Part shown: positions 29,281 through 41,986 of the stretch, one piece after another
Position numbering within the stretch: the stretch's first letter is position 1
Layout of the letters: each line of letters starts with the position of its first letter
DNA from: Mytilus edulis
Lineage: Eukaryota
Assembly: GCF_963676685.1 (NCBI RefSeq)
Contig: NC_092354.1
Span: forward strand, 81,530,001 to 81,594,000
Length of the DNA stretch: 64,000 bases
Direction of reading: 5' to 3'
The notes under the pieces: generated by a model
Told to the model about the DNA's origin: nothing
The model's input: the letters and a program-made list of their open reading frames with translations, nothing else
Databases searched by the model: none
Translations under genes and position numbers: made by a program

Positions 29281-30318
29281 TAACGAAACCAGACATAAAG
29301 TAAAATGCATAAACACAAATATAATTTTAAAATTGTACATGTAACCAGAGAAAAAATAATCATAATATCGAAGTCTACATAAGTTTGATAGTGATATCAC
29401 TGTAATAATGCTAAGTCCGTTTCAAATCGTTCCAGTAAACACCGATACAAAGTGGCAGCTTCAAAAGCATCTGTTGGTAAACTATGTCCTAATTCTTCCA
29501 TGTATAAGTTTGCGAGATCGTAAATGTCTTCATCGCATGGTAGACTACAATACGTAGATTGCTCTAAACAAATTTCAACTTCATCGATGTCAGGGCTAGT
29601 AACATAATCACTTGTTCCGTACACTTCAGGAACCGAGTAGAGTACATACGGTCGTCCATACACACCATGTTGTTTATTATTTTTTCTGATTTTATGGGCG
29701 TTCCAAATACTTACAACCTCTAAAAGTTCTTTCTGGAATTGAAAATAAATAATTAGTTTCAGGTTTCAGTCGATGAATTTTCGTGTATAAAACACTTTAT
29801 ATGCAAAGACATGAGATGGTACGAATATTTTCGAAGGTGACATTATGTATGATATTTAAGCATATATTTTAAGGCTGATGTTGACATTGTAAAATTTGGA
29901 TAACATTTTTATTGCACAAAATATGTTCGTATTATAGTCTTTAGTTCACAATTATTATCTAAGTGAAAAGTATTTTATGATAGCTTTATAAAGCAGTTAA
30001 GTTGTTGTCTGCTTAACGTAAATAAACAGAAGTATATACATTTCTTTACAGTGTTTTTTTTTCAAATAAAAACAATTAATTTCCTCACTATAAATGAATT
30101 TCATGTCGGGAGTACTAATCTGCCTTGTAATGACATTTGATTTGTTTTTCAGAGAGGTTTTATTCTTATGTATAATAACAGTTAAACAAACAAATATTGA
30201 AGTTTAAAACAAATGGCTAGCCTTAAAAAGGTATAAATGAACAGATAAACGGACTTAAGTTGAAGCATTAAAATTGGACATGAGGGCGGATAGAAGTTTA
30301 ACATTGTTTAAAGGGCGT

Positions 30319-30491
30319 TATCTTAAAGTGGTATAATCAGACTTTTTAGGCACAAATAAGAAATACTAGCTGGTTTTACTTGTATTGATTCTAAACTCCA
30401 TTTGCACATAAATCTCAACGTCATAAGTAGCATGACGTTACTATACATACATAGCGGTACCGCGAACGTCTAATGAACACAGTCCTGAACA
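30319..30491 (-). repeat. 3' LTR (TG...TA)
   Basis: Direct repeat of 35213-35385. Confidence 0.95.
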
Positions 30492-30606
30492 TCCTGGGGG
30501 GCCGCGAATGATAATTTAAGCAATAAATAAAGAAAAAACTTTAAAATGAAATAACTATTGTCTCTCAAATGAAATAAAACTTTAACTTTTAACACTTAAA
30601 CAGTCT

Positions 30607-33092
30607 CTATGCTTTACGGAACGGTTGAATCCAACTTTTGATTTTCTCCTTGGCATCAGTTTTTGCTTTTCTGGTTGAAGTAATAGTGTTGTCACTTGAA
30701 TCACACGGACTATCTGTTGATAAGAGTTCAAGTGGATATAGCTTACTTATTGGTCTAGACGTCGTGCCATTTTTAGTGCGTAAAATAGCAGACCTACAAA
30801 GTCCATCTCTCCCATAAACTAACTTAACGATAATCGCTATATTCCACACTGTCCTTGGGGTATCATCATGAATCTGTACAATGTCGCCCACTTTAATGAT
30901 TTGAGTGTTAATTCCGGTGTTTCTATGTTGTTCCCTAAGTGAAGTGAGGTATTCTCGTCGCCATCTGTTCCAAAAGTCGTGAATAATGCGTTTTTGAACA
31001 CTAGATTGTCTATTTGCTGTGTAATGTGTTAAGTTTTGTACGTTCTCCTCACTGCTGAAATTAATTGTTCCTGAATACGGTAAAGTTTTAACCCGTCTTC
31101 CATAGAGAAGATGAGACGGTGTAAGCGGTTCATCATCGGTAAGGTCCGTTGATACGTGGGTTAACGGACGATCATTTAATATAGCCTCTATCTCGATCAC
31201 AATTGTCTCTAGCACTCTAAAAGTAACTAGTGCTCGTCCTAACACTTTCTTTATGCAATTTTTGGTCAAGCCGATCAATCGTTCCCACCAACCACCATAC
31301 CATGGTGCACGCTTCGGAATAAATTTCCACTGAGTTCCATATATGTTGAGTTGTTCCTGAATAGTAGTAGATTTTGTAAGCATTTCAATTTCCTTCGCTG
31401 CTGCGGTATATGTTGTACAATTGTCAGACATCATGATTTTTGGTAACGATTTGCGGCTGGTGAATCTCCTAAACGCTAGAATGAATGTTTGTTCTGTAAG
31501 GTCTTCAACGATTTCCAAATGCACAGCTCTAGTGTTAGCGCAGGTGAATAGACAAATATATGCTTTACTAATACTGTTGCTTTTTGTTCTCACATTCAAT
31601 GCTCCTGTGAAGTCGACACCAGTTACTGTAAACGGCGGTGAATCATTAAGTCTGTCGGACGGCAGAGGTGGTGGGTCGGGTGTATGATATGGTCTTCCGG
31701 TAATTTTACGGCAAGTAACGCAATTACGGAGTATTGATTTCACACATTGTCGAATCGACGGAATCCAGTAAGACTGGCGAATAAATGTCACTGTACTTTC
31801 TAATCCAGAGTGAAAATTCTTTGCGTGTGCATCCATCACAATTAATTTACAAAGTCTGTCTTTGTTCGGTATTAGTACTGGAAATTTAGCTGATTCATCA
31901 ATAGGTGCATTGTTTATTCTCCCGCCACAACGGATAATGTTCATTTTGTCCATGTACAATCTAAGTTGCTTCACTAGCACATTTTTCTCTGATTTGTTAT
32001 TTAAACACTCAATAACATCCGGGTATTTACGCAGTTGCGAATCTCGGATCCATGCAGTCGAAGCAGTCTGAATTTCATTGACACTAAGATTTCCTGTTAG
32101 TTTGTCATTATTTCTACAGTTGTTTATGAATCGGTACATGTATGCAGTTATACGCAAAAGTTTTTGGTATGAGCTGTAGCGTTGTATATCCATAATTTTA
32201 CTTATTCCTTCATAAGATCTGATTTTCTGTTGCGGTTCACTAGTTGATTGTCCTTGCTCAATGGTAGTGCTAAGAATGTGTGATTCTTTATTCTTCCACT
32301 GTGGCCAGTTTGATTTGTCAGTGAGCCATTCGGGTCCTTTCATCCAAAGATCCAATTCTAGGAATTTGGTTGCAGTTACTCCTCTCGATAGCATATCTGC
32401 CGGATTTGAATCTGTCGGACAGTACTTCCATGTGTATTCTTGCGTAATTTCGTTAATTTCCTTCACTCGATTACTAACGAAAACGGGTAATTGTTTCTCA
32501 GTAGTAAGCCAACTTAAAGTTATCTGACTGTCACTCCATAATGTGACGCTTGTAACATCCAAGTGCGATTTCAAATGCTTGACCAGTCTTGCGCCTATCA
32601 AAGCTGCACTGAGTTCTAACTTCGGAATTGTTAACTGTTTGAGTGGTGTCACTCGATTCTTTGACATGATAAGTACGGTTTCTTTTCCACTGACTAAATA
32701 TGCGCATGCTCCATAGGCTTTCAAGCTTGCATCCGTAAACACATGTAATTCTACATTGTCTGATTTTTCTTTGAAATACGGTCTATTAATTTCCAAATGT
32801 GAACATTCATTAATATCTTTTAGAACACACTTCCATTCTGTTGTAATTTCAGATGTAAGAGGTTCATCCCAATTTAATCCTTTCTCCCACAAAGTCTGCA
32901 TAAGCATCTTACTACGCACAGTAACTGGACCAATAAGTCCGAGTGGATCATAGATTTTAGACGATTGTCTTAAAATCTCTCGTTTTGTCATACGTGTATC
33001 TTCAATATCGGTGTATTCCGGTTTGGCGAAAGTAACTGTGTCGTTACAAGTGTTCCATCTCAATCCAAGCACTTTTATGAGTTCATCTTTGT
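30607..33092 (-). CDS. BEL/Pao pol C-terminal part: Pao RNase H region, zinc-binding domain, DDE integrase and C-terminal DUF5641-type domain
   Basis: VLGLRWN, LHVFTDAS, LTIPKLEL, LWSDSQI, NPADMLSRG, VTGVDFTG, MSDNCTTY, WWERLIG. Confidence 0.92.
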
Positions 33093-35195
33093 CTAATACG
33101 CTGTGTCAATTTTCTCGGTGGCCAGTGACTCTATTTTCCAAAATTTCTCCAAGTCGTACTCATCGGTTTTTGTTGCGATCATCACGTTCATCATTGAAGC
33201 TCTCTTGTATCCATCTGTGTCAGAGTTGTGTGAATGTAGCGTTCCAGACAACAGGTATCCGATTTTTGATTGAACAGCTGTCGGTCCTTCGCCTCGGATA
33301 ATATCATTCTGAACAATTGACCAGAAGTAATCAGCTCCAATTAGAATAGAAATTTCAAAGTTTTCATCTGCTGTTACTGGGTGAGCTAATTTGATTCCTG
33401 ACAAATATGTAAGTTTTGCTGCTTGGCGTACATAGGTTCTCATCGGTACTGCGATCTCTGGAACGATCAAGACTCGAATCGGAAGTTTACCCTCTGTAGT
33501 TATGAGATATACCAATCCTGTACTCAAATGGCGAATTTTAGTACTATTTGCATTGTCTCCAAATCCGGATAGGTTAACGCTTTCAGTTCCAGTAGGTTTG
33601 AGTTTCAATTTTTCGGCTAATTCCTCTGTGATAAATGAGCGCTGTGCGCCTTCGTCAAACAATATTTTTGTATCAAGTATTTCATGTTCTGCACTTACTG
33701 GGTTAATTGCTGTCTTCAAAAGTACACGATCTGTCGATTGTGAGTGTAAAACAGTGTCTGGTTCCTCCGCGTTGTGTTGAATTGTGCCTACGGTTATATC
33801 CCCTGTTGGTTTGTTGTCTTCATTTGTTTTAACATTGTCTTTGCAAATGCTGGTGTGATGACGTTTGTGACACTTGTTGCAAGTTTTTGTAGATTTACAT
33901 GCGGACAAGCTATGGTGTCATAGACAGTTAAAGCATAAACGATCTTTTTTCACGATTGACATCCGGCCATTGTAATCAGATACTTTAGTGCAATTAACAG
34001 ACGAGTGTGGCTCCTTACAGTACGCACAGAGTGGCTTGGGTTTAGTGTTAGTTGCGTTTGTATTCTTGTTACCTCTATTTCGATTACTATAATTTGTATT
34101 TGTCAGAAAGGCGGCGGTAGCTGTAGGGTGTTCTAACTGTTCTGAAGTTTTGCCTGCATCCATAATATAAAGTTCATCGAAAATTCCACGGCGTAATTCA
34201 TTCAGTTGTAAATCTGTAGATCTATATTGTCTGGCAAGATTTCTGCGGATTTCACCGGGTAGTTTGTTCATAATAATGGGCACTAAAAACGCTCCATATG
34301 TGTCTTCACTTTGACCTAATGACTCCAATCCTCTAATGTGTATCTCAATTTCATCGTAGTAGTTTTTCATGCTAGATATCGTGTATTTAGGGGCTGGTAT
34401 ATCAACTAGTGCTTGCATATACTTCTGTCTTATTACATGCGATTGTCCATATCTTTCTTGCAGTAAAGAAATAGCTTTCTCATAATTTGCATGTGTAAGC
34501 GCAAACCCTGTGACGGTTTTCAATGCCTCATCATGGAGTAGTGACTTCAAATAATTAAATTTCTGAACGTTTCCAAGAGTAGTGTTTTCGTGAACGGATG
34601 TCTCGTATGAATCCCAAAATGACTGCCACTGCATAATATTACCATCAAAGGTAGGAAGATTCAATTTGGGCAACTTGTTGTACTCATTTAATCTAGTGTT
34701 ACTACGTGAAAACTGAGTTTCCGGTACACGGAAGTTTGAATTACATGTATTCTGTTTATTGTATATCTCGGGTTGAGCATAACTTGGTTGATCATGAGCG
34801 GGTTGAGCATGAGCGGGCTGAGCAGAGGCGGGTTGAGCAGAGGCGGAATGTGAAGGGTCGCTATAACTGACAAAATCTTTTGCATTTGTACTGAGTGTGG
34901 ATGTATTGACAAGAATGAGCTTTTGTATTTGCGTTATTTTTCCATCTAATGTGTAAGCATACTCATCTGAATCGACGATCTCGGCTTCTACTTCTCCTTC
35001 ATCAAGATTTTCTAGAATGTCCTCATTAAGTTTTTGTAGTGTCTCTTGTTTCTTCAACAGATTGTTCACAATTTTAGTTAACTCTTCAGTGTTCACGGGC
35101 TCATCTCCGTCGTCTCGGATGTCCTCAAATTTCTTCAAAAGTCGGGAAATAACGCTTCTGTGTCCTGCACGTATAGAACGTAGTTTGGAACTCAT
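33093..35195 (-). pseudogene. BEL/Pao gag (DUF1759-type, CCHC knuckles) plus aspartic protease, with an in-frame stop at 33918-33920
   Basis: LPKLNLPTFDG...WQSFWDSY; CAYCKEPHSSVNC; CFNCL*HHSLSAC continuing in the same frame; protease motif LFDEGAQRSF. Confidence 0.9.
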
Positions 35196-35211
35196 CCTGG
35201 TCACGGCACCA
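35194..35211 (-). promoter_or_regulatory. Primer binding site complementary to the tRNA-His 3' end
   Basis: TGGTGCCGTGACCAGGAT directly after the 5' LTR. Confidence 0.85.
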
Positions 35212-35212
35212 A

Positions 35213-35385
35213 TATCTTAAAGTGGTATAATCAGACTTTTTAGGCACAAATAAGAAATACTAGCTGGTTTTACTTGTATTGATTCTAAACTCCATTTGCA
35301 CATAAATCTCAACGTCATAAGTAGCATGACGTTACTATACATACATAGCGGTAACGCGAACGTCTAATGAACACAGTCCTGAACA
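35213..35385 (-). repeat. 5' LTR (TG...TA)
   Basis: Direct repeat of 30319-30491. Confidence 0.95.
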
Positions 35386-36446
35386 GGCGTTTATTTGGTC
35401 TATGCCCATGCATTGATGGGTACATAAGTCACTATTATGACTTCTTTTTATTTATCCACAATTACATTAACTGTGGACGTAAACAATTTTCCTTTGTTTT
35501 GCTTGGTCTATATAATTATATTAGCGTTAAAATAGGGAAATAGGAAGGATAATCTTGTTCGAAAATAAGTACCTGAATCAGTCTCAGGAAACAGAACCTT
35601 ATCAAGTTTTTATGAAGATGATCTCCTGAAAATAATCCATCCTCTTTTATATCTTTAAAAAATGTCATCCAAAACTGTGAGTTTTCTTTTCTATAAATTC
35701 CCCACCATGCATGATTCAATTCGTTGATTATGTTGGCTTGTGCCGTAAAGAAACGCACTGTTATTTCGAGCATACGTATCATTATCATTGCGTCGTAAAA
35801 AAGACTGCATTTCAGCGACCTTACTATTTTCGGTACCAAGATCTCCTCCCTTCCGAAGAATAGCTTTGACAAAATACCCAGAAATAACCCGAGGGTCACT
35901 ACTAGTCTGTCCTGCCTCCAGCCATATTATCAGTCTAGAAAAGCCATCTATGCATCCATTTATGCATATTCCAAAAGGTTTAAGTTTATCATAGGAATCC
36001 AAATGCCATATAAAGTTTGGCCCTTTCGAACAATATTCTCTCCTATGTAATCGACCTTTTCGTCGCATTTCAACTCCTTCAGGGTTTATAATTTGCATTA
36101 TAATTCGCACATACTCTTTTTGTATAGTTAAACCTGCTTGTCTACACTTCATAAACATCCAGCGATAACCATGAAGCCTTCCAGATCCTTTAATGTTGTC
36201 TTTGATAAAAGCAACGACATCTTCAAGTGGCGTGTAGTGTTTTCGGCGAAATAAACGTAGCTTCTTCAATATTCGTTTCAGGTGTCGATAAGAAATAATG
36301 TAGTGATGATGTTTTGCTAAAAGTGCCAGTATTTCCATATAATCGAGTCCCATTTCGAAATAAACCCTTATGTATTTCTCCATTCTTTCACTTTTAAGAG
36401 AAGATATTAGTCGCCGTACCATCAGCGCTGAATGAATTTGAATAAC

Positions 36447-36843
36447 ATTTTGTGCGCACATTATATTATGTCGTGCGCACATTATATTATATTGTGCGCA
36501 CAGTATATTATGTTGTGCGCACAATATATTTAAATTGAGCGCACAATATATTATGTTGTGTGCACAAGATATTATTTTGTGCGCACACGATATTATTTTG
36601 TGCGCACAATATATTTAAGTTGTGCGCACAATATATTATGTTGTGCGCACAATATATTTAAATTGAGCGCACAATATATTTAAGTTGTGCGCACAAGATA
36701 TTATTTTGTGCGCACACGATATTATTTTGTGCGCACAATATATTTAAGTTGTGCGCACAATATATTTAAGTTGTGCGCACAATATATTATTTTGTGCGCA
36801 CAATATATTTTTTTTCTTTGCATGTCCCTAGCGGGGCTCCGTA
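36447..36843 (-). repeat. Right TIR, ~17 copies of the same unit
   Basis: Reverse complement of the left TIR, including the variant units (GCGCTC, GTGCACAC). Confidence 0.92.
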
Positions 36844-39674
36844 GGATTAGGTTTGCGGGTTTTGTTAACCATGATTTGTATTTTCTTTATGAAACGAGTA
36901 ATGCAAATTCAATTTCAGTAAACTCCCGTATAATAATTAACAAGAAATGTATCTCTACTCAGTTGTAAGTTGAATTTTACATTTCATTTTGTCTTTGTTT
37001 TTTATTAAACATTTTTTTTTAATCACTTGAAATTCTCTTGTGACTGTATTAAAATTATCATAAATCTATTGGTTCATTGAAGTGCATATATTTTGTTATA
37101 GAACAGAATCTGAACCTCTACCCCTGTTGTCGACGATGGAATACAAAAGGAAAGGACGGTTATTATTGAAAGTAAATAGAGATTATACGCTACTCAAACC
37201 CTACAGATAACGTTCACTATACAGCCTCAGTAATACATATGTGCTTATGGTAATTAAACATGTTAAATAAGTAACGCGCAGCCATTGATGCATACTAGAG
37301 ATTCACAGGTTAAACAAAGATATGTATTCTTATGGTCATTGTTAAACGCGTGTGTAACATTATCTGTATCTGTCAGATAAAACAACAAATTGATTAGCCA
37401 ACATTGATATACCATGTACATCAAATGATATAGTTATTGTTTTATCTTAAACTAGAATACAATACACAAAAGACATGCTCAAATGATTGCCTACGTTTTA
37501 GGTAGAGTTGCAAATCCTAATGCAAACGTATAAAATATGTTTAAAAAATACGTTAAAAAAGCGTAGATCTGAACAACGAACAAGTGCTATACATAAACAC
37601 ATCCATTTCTTGGTTTAACATGATTGCAATACATTGGAAAGTTTTAATAAAACAATACCTTGTTAGTACAGATACTATGCAAGTGTACCATTGGGAACTA
37701 AAAGCTTAAACTTATCATGTACACTAATTGAAATGAAGATCTACTGAAGCTATTAATTGACATGTTATGAATATTTAACAAAGCCAATTATCCATAACCA
37801 ACTGCTGTTATTAAAATAAGTATAATTTTTTCTAAAATTTGTTTTAAACTAAATCTCGTTATCAGAAAGTTAGTGTCATATATGTCCCCCCCCCCAAAAA
37901 AAAAAAACAAAAACAAAAACAAACAAAGAAGAATTAAATGATACCGATACCAGGACACCATGACAACAAACCAGACGAAACGACTAACAACAGTCTACAA
38001 AACACGTCCCAAATAATAAGCACAACACGTTCTTTTATATTATATTGAATGCGACTTTTTCACAATTTGTATTACTTTCATTATCATTATCACTTAGCTA
38101 AAGAGTATTAAATCAAAATAGAAAAAAACAAATATTTCGGATTGCATAAGTTTGACCATTCTGATGTCAATGGTGACCTATTCTCGTTTTTGTTTTTTAA
38201 TCTTTCGATTCAAACACATTCCAGATTGATTTTGTTTTAAACAGTTAGTCTTATATCAAACACAATATTGAATTATATTCCAATTTGATAAGGTAACTGA
38301 CAAATAATTGTATGTATATGTCCTTAATGAATTTCAGTTTCATTGGTTATGTAGGATGATCTATTGTCTTATATTCTGGTATTCAGATATTTGCCTGGTA
38401 GAATGTGAATTTATACAACACATAATTGTAGGAACACCTCGATCCTGTTCCACCATCTTTGTCTCATAGATAGAATTTACATTTTTATGTACTTATTTTC
38501 CCAATGAATATGATTTTCAAGCTTGCAAAGTTTGAATCAACACTGCGCTATGCATTCAACACACGAATAGTGTAGTCAATCTTATAGTTCGAAATTTAAA
38601 CTGCAATACATTCAACTTCAATTGTGAACACTTTTAAATCTGCCTCATAACTAGATTACCCTTAGCTGTCTTTAGCAAAACTTTAAGGACTGAAAACAGT
38701 TTACCCTTCGGTTGTGCTTTCAATATGTGTCAGTATAAAATCTAAGAGGACATTTTAAATACTGATGATGTACTGTACATACATGTACGTCGGTTAAGGA
38801 AATAAAAATATGAAGTTCAAGTTATGAATATAAAGTAATTATTAGTCACTTTTCGGAGAATTCATTCTAGTTAAAAATGAAGATACAAAGCTATAAATAG
38901 GTTAAGATAAAAAAAAAATCGGTACAGCAATTTATCATGTCGATCGTTATACAGGAAATTAACAAGAAAATATGAGATGACAAAATGGTAACGATTTTTT
39001 TTTTATTTGTTTCTATTCCATGTAAATCATTATTCAAATTTCGAATATAAATAAAAAGCATAATTAAGTAAAAATGTCTGAATCGATGGATCACCCTGAA
39101 CACTGTCTAATTATGAGAAATTAAAGGTTGACAGGTAGGTGAAGCTTACATAAATGAATAGATAAATGAAAAATGTACAAATTGATACCCGATTTATATA
39201 ATTCCGAGGCCGATAGTTGGCACCAGAAGCGACGGACAAATATTCACTTTTTGATATGGGACAAGCTCTGATGTCCAACGGCCCCAGCTTGTCTAACAAA
39301 ACAGCCGTTGGCCGTCACAGTAATCTCGATATATTACAGATAGTGTGGAGAACATCATCAAAACGTAGTCAAAACAGTCAATCACTCTTCATTTGTATAA
39401 CATTTCATCCGTAAATGTTGTATTTACATATCAACTATTTGAGTTGATTACTTCTAGTGAATATGAAGATAAAATAATTAATTCAATGCACATAATCCAA
39501 AGTCAAACCAGACATGTAATGTTATAATCTTTATTTTTGTAATTTTAGATGATGAATTAAAAGGCAAATTGGTAATTGGCAATAACAGTTTTTTTGGCAC
39601 AACTTTTTGGACTTTTGGATCCTCAACGCTCTTCAACTTTTTACTTGTTATGCTTTATAGATATTTTGATATGA

Positions 39675-39718
39675 GCGTCACTGATGAGTCTTATGTAGAC
39701 GAAACGCGCGTCTGGCGT
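39675..39718 (+). ncRNA. Type I hammerhead ribozyme (family B, intact) in a repeat fragment at ~39592-39762
   Basis: GCGTCA CTGATGA GTCT TATGT AGAC GAAA CGCGCG TC TGGCGT. Confidence 0.92.
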
Positions 39719-41721
39719 ACTAAATTATAATCCTGGTACCTTTGATAACTATTTACACCACTGATTCTTGTTATGTTGTAATACATTGATTTTCGATAAA
39801 CCATAGTCATAGTACATAATTAAACACTACTATGAAACCCTACTAGGCATCATATTTCACCATATATTTATCGAAGTAAGTGTGCTATCATAATTCGTAT
39901 CGTAATGTGTAGGATGTTGTTTGACTGTGAGTGCTTTGATATTGATCTTAATATTGTCTGCATTTGTGCTACACATGGCGAACTTGGAACCTCTATATTT
40001 GTTGTTTCTTCGAAACTTGACAATGGATTATCTTACGGCGGTAGGAAATATGTATATTTGCGAAACTATAAGGTTAGCTTTCAGTAATGTTTCCGGTGAA
40101 GGTTATATACGGGTAACTTCAAAAATTATAAGTTAAACACTACGTTTGGTTATATGAAGACTATTACATATATACCAACAAAACAAAGCTTTGCATACAA
40201 ACTTTTGGTACTTAAGATTAAATGATAAAATGTAACTACCTGTTTCTGGTTAACTATCCCTTTAATTACGTCTCTTCATCATCAGCCATTTTAAGTCAGA
40301 AACTACAATCGTCACCAGGAAACACTTATACTTAACAAACGGAAATTTAATACTCACTGTTTTATTTAATGGAGAAATGGGAAAATTATTATGAGCTTTC
40401 CGTTTCTTCATCAGTCTGTGTCCGTCTTTTTTTAAATTATAATTTTTTTAGATTATTTTCTATTTTTAGGTTTTCTGTTGTTTTATTTCGATTACTTATT
40501 TGTAAAATTTTTTCTCTTTTGTTTTCTTTATAAACAAAATTAATGCCTTTCATCAACGTCAGCAATACCATATACAAAAGGACCCGAAATTACTAATGTG
40601 AAACCATCTTAATGAGAAAAACAAAGGATTAAATTGTGTACAACAAAATTTACGACAAACATAACAATATTTTAAAAAGTTGTTTGTTATACTTCTTGTT
40701 CTATGATTCAATGCAACGGGAGAACACGTAATCACTTTATCATCATAAAAGTGTGCATAATTTGAAGCCTGGTTACAATCAATCTTATGTCGATCCGAAA
40801 TTTGAGCAGATCTATATGGATATTATTCCTATGCGTTTCTTCACTACATTTAGGCGCACCGAGATATAATTAATGAGCGAAATCTATCAATGAGGTCGCA
40901 ATAATTGTAGTGATAACGAATTTCTAATCAGTACATACTCTGTGTTTATTCTGTGGTAAGTTACCAATTCGTTGTTGACATGAATGACATTTTATAAATT
41001 TACAGTTTGCAAAAGTATGAAATACCCTAATTACTCAGGATGTTCTTATCCCAGGCAGTAAACCTTAGCTGTTTGTGGCACATTTTTGAGAATTTTGGGT
41101 CATCAATGCTCTTCATCTTGGTACCTTTAATTACTATTAGCAAGTCGTTACAGTATGGTCAAACTGATTTAAAACCCGTCAAAATTTCATTCAGTTAATT
41201 GAACAACCAACCTGTTATCTTGATTATATGTTTCGTTGAATGATGAAGACCTCATTAGATAAACATTTGAAATTTATTTGATCCTTCTTCAAATGCTTAT
41301 GATATTCACCTTTTGGATTATAGCTCTTCATCTTTTATATAAGCTTTGGACTTCAAATATTTTGGCCACGAGCATCACCGAAGAGACATGTTTTGTCGAA
41401 ATGCGCATCTGGTGCAACAAAATTGGCACCGTTGATTTTATTACTACCACTGGGTCGATGCCTCTGCTGGTGGACTATTAGTCCTCGAGGGTATTACCAG
41501 CCCAGTAGCCAGTACTTCGGTACTGGCATGAAAATACGGATTTTTTGTGTTATTAAAATTTGCTGTTACATAGTATTAAAAATTATTATAAATAAAGGAA
41601 TGTATCTCCCTCATGCAAAGCTCTGATTCTTTTCACGAACTTGGCTTTACTTTTTGGACCTTTTGGATTATAGCTCTTCATCTTTTATATAAGCTTTGGA
41701 CTTCAAATATTTTGGCCACGA

Positions 41722-41765
41722 GCATCACTGAAGAGACATGTTTTGTCGAAATGCGCATCTGGTGC
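41722..41765 (+). ncRNA. Type I hammerhead ribozyme (family A, intact core)
   Basis: Stem I GCAUCA/UGGUGC, core CUGAAGA, stem II GACA/UGUC, GAAA, palindromic stem III UGCGCA, AUC cleavage triplet. Confidence 0.9.
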
Positions 41766-41942
41766 AACAAAATTGGTACCGTTGATTTTATTACTACCAC
41801 TGGGTCGATGCCCCTGCTGATGGCCTATTAGTCCCCGAGGGTATTACCAGCCCAGTAGCCAGTATGATTATGATATTCACCTTTTGGATTATAGCTCTTC
41901 ATCTTTTATAAAAGCTTTGGACTTCAAATATTTTGGCCACGA

Positions 41943-41986
41943 TCATCACTGAAGAGACATGTTTTGTCGAAATGCGCATCTGGTGC
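41943..41986 (+). ncRNA. Type I hammerhead ribozyme (family A, intact core, shortened stem I)
   Basis: As above, with G to T at the outer end of stem I. Confidence 0.85.

Larger units (their letters stand above)
30319..35385 (-). mobile_element. BEL/Pao LTR retrotransposon, RT-deleted, inserted in the transposase intron
   Basis: 173-bp LTRs at 30319-30491 and 35213-35385 with one mismatch. 5-bp TSD GGCGT at 30314-30318 and 35386-35390. Encodes gag, protease, RNase H and integrase. Confidence 0.95.
29397..36422 (-). pseudogene. Spliced DDE (IS3/IS481-like integrase core) transposase, frameshifted; exon 1 ~36422/36383-35573, exon 2 29732-29397
   Basis: Motifs GPNFIWHLDSYDKLKPFGICINGCIDGFSR, GDLGTEN and NQRIE. 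A 4-bp CATG duplication near 35706-35713 shifts the frame from ...RIES into WWGIYRKENSQFW. GT donor at 35572 after ...LRLIQ. AG acceptor at 29733-29734, then KELLEVVSIWNAHKIR...GRPYVLY to TGA at 29397 (336 nt, phase 0). Confidence 0.88.
15249..36843 (-). mobile_element. Large IS3EU-like DDE DNA transposon (21.6 kb including nested insertions) carrying a transposase and a HECT ligase gene
   Basis: Left end TACGGAGCCCCGCTAGGGACATGCAAAG (15249) is the reverse complement of right end CTTTGCATGTCCCTAGCGGGGCTCCGTA (36843). Identical 6-bp flanks GGATTA lie at 15243-15248 and 36844-36849. An integrase-core transposase is inside. TAY...RTA ends with a 6-bp TSD match my recollection of the Repbase IS3EU superfamily. 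Confidence 0.9.

Noticed and set aside
33918-33920. Programmed stop read-through in BEL gag
   Set aside because: The stop falls inside a CCHC knuckle (CFNCL*H, expected Gly), so a GGA-to-TGA mutation is simpler
36423-36968. CAQ/CAH-repeat peptides in ORFs 35691-36524, 36687-36968 and 15454-15657
   Set aside because: Translations of the TIR minisatellite
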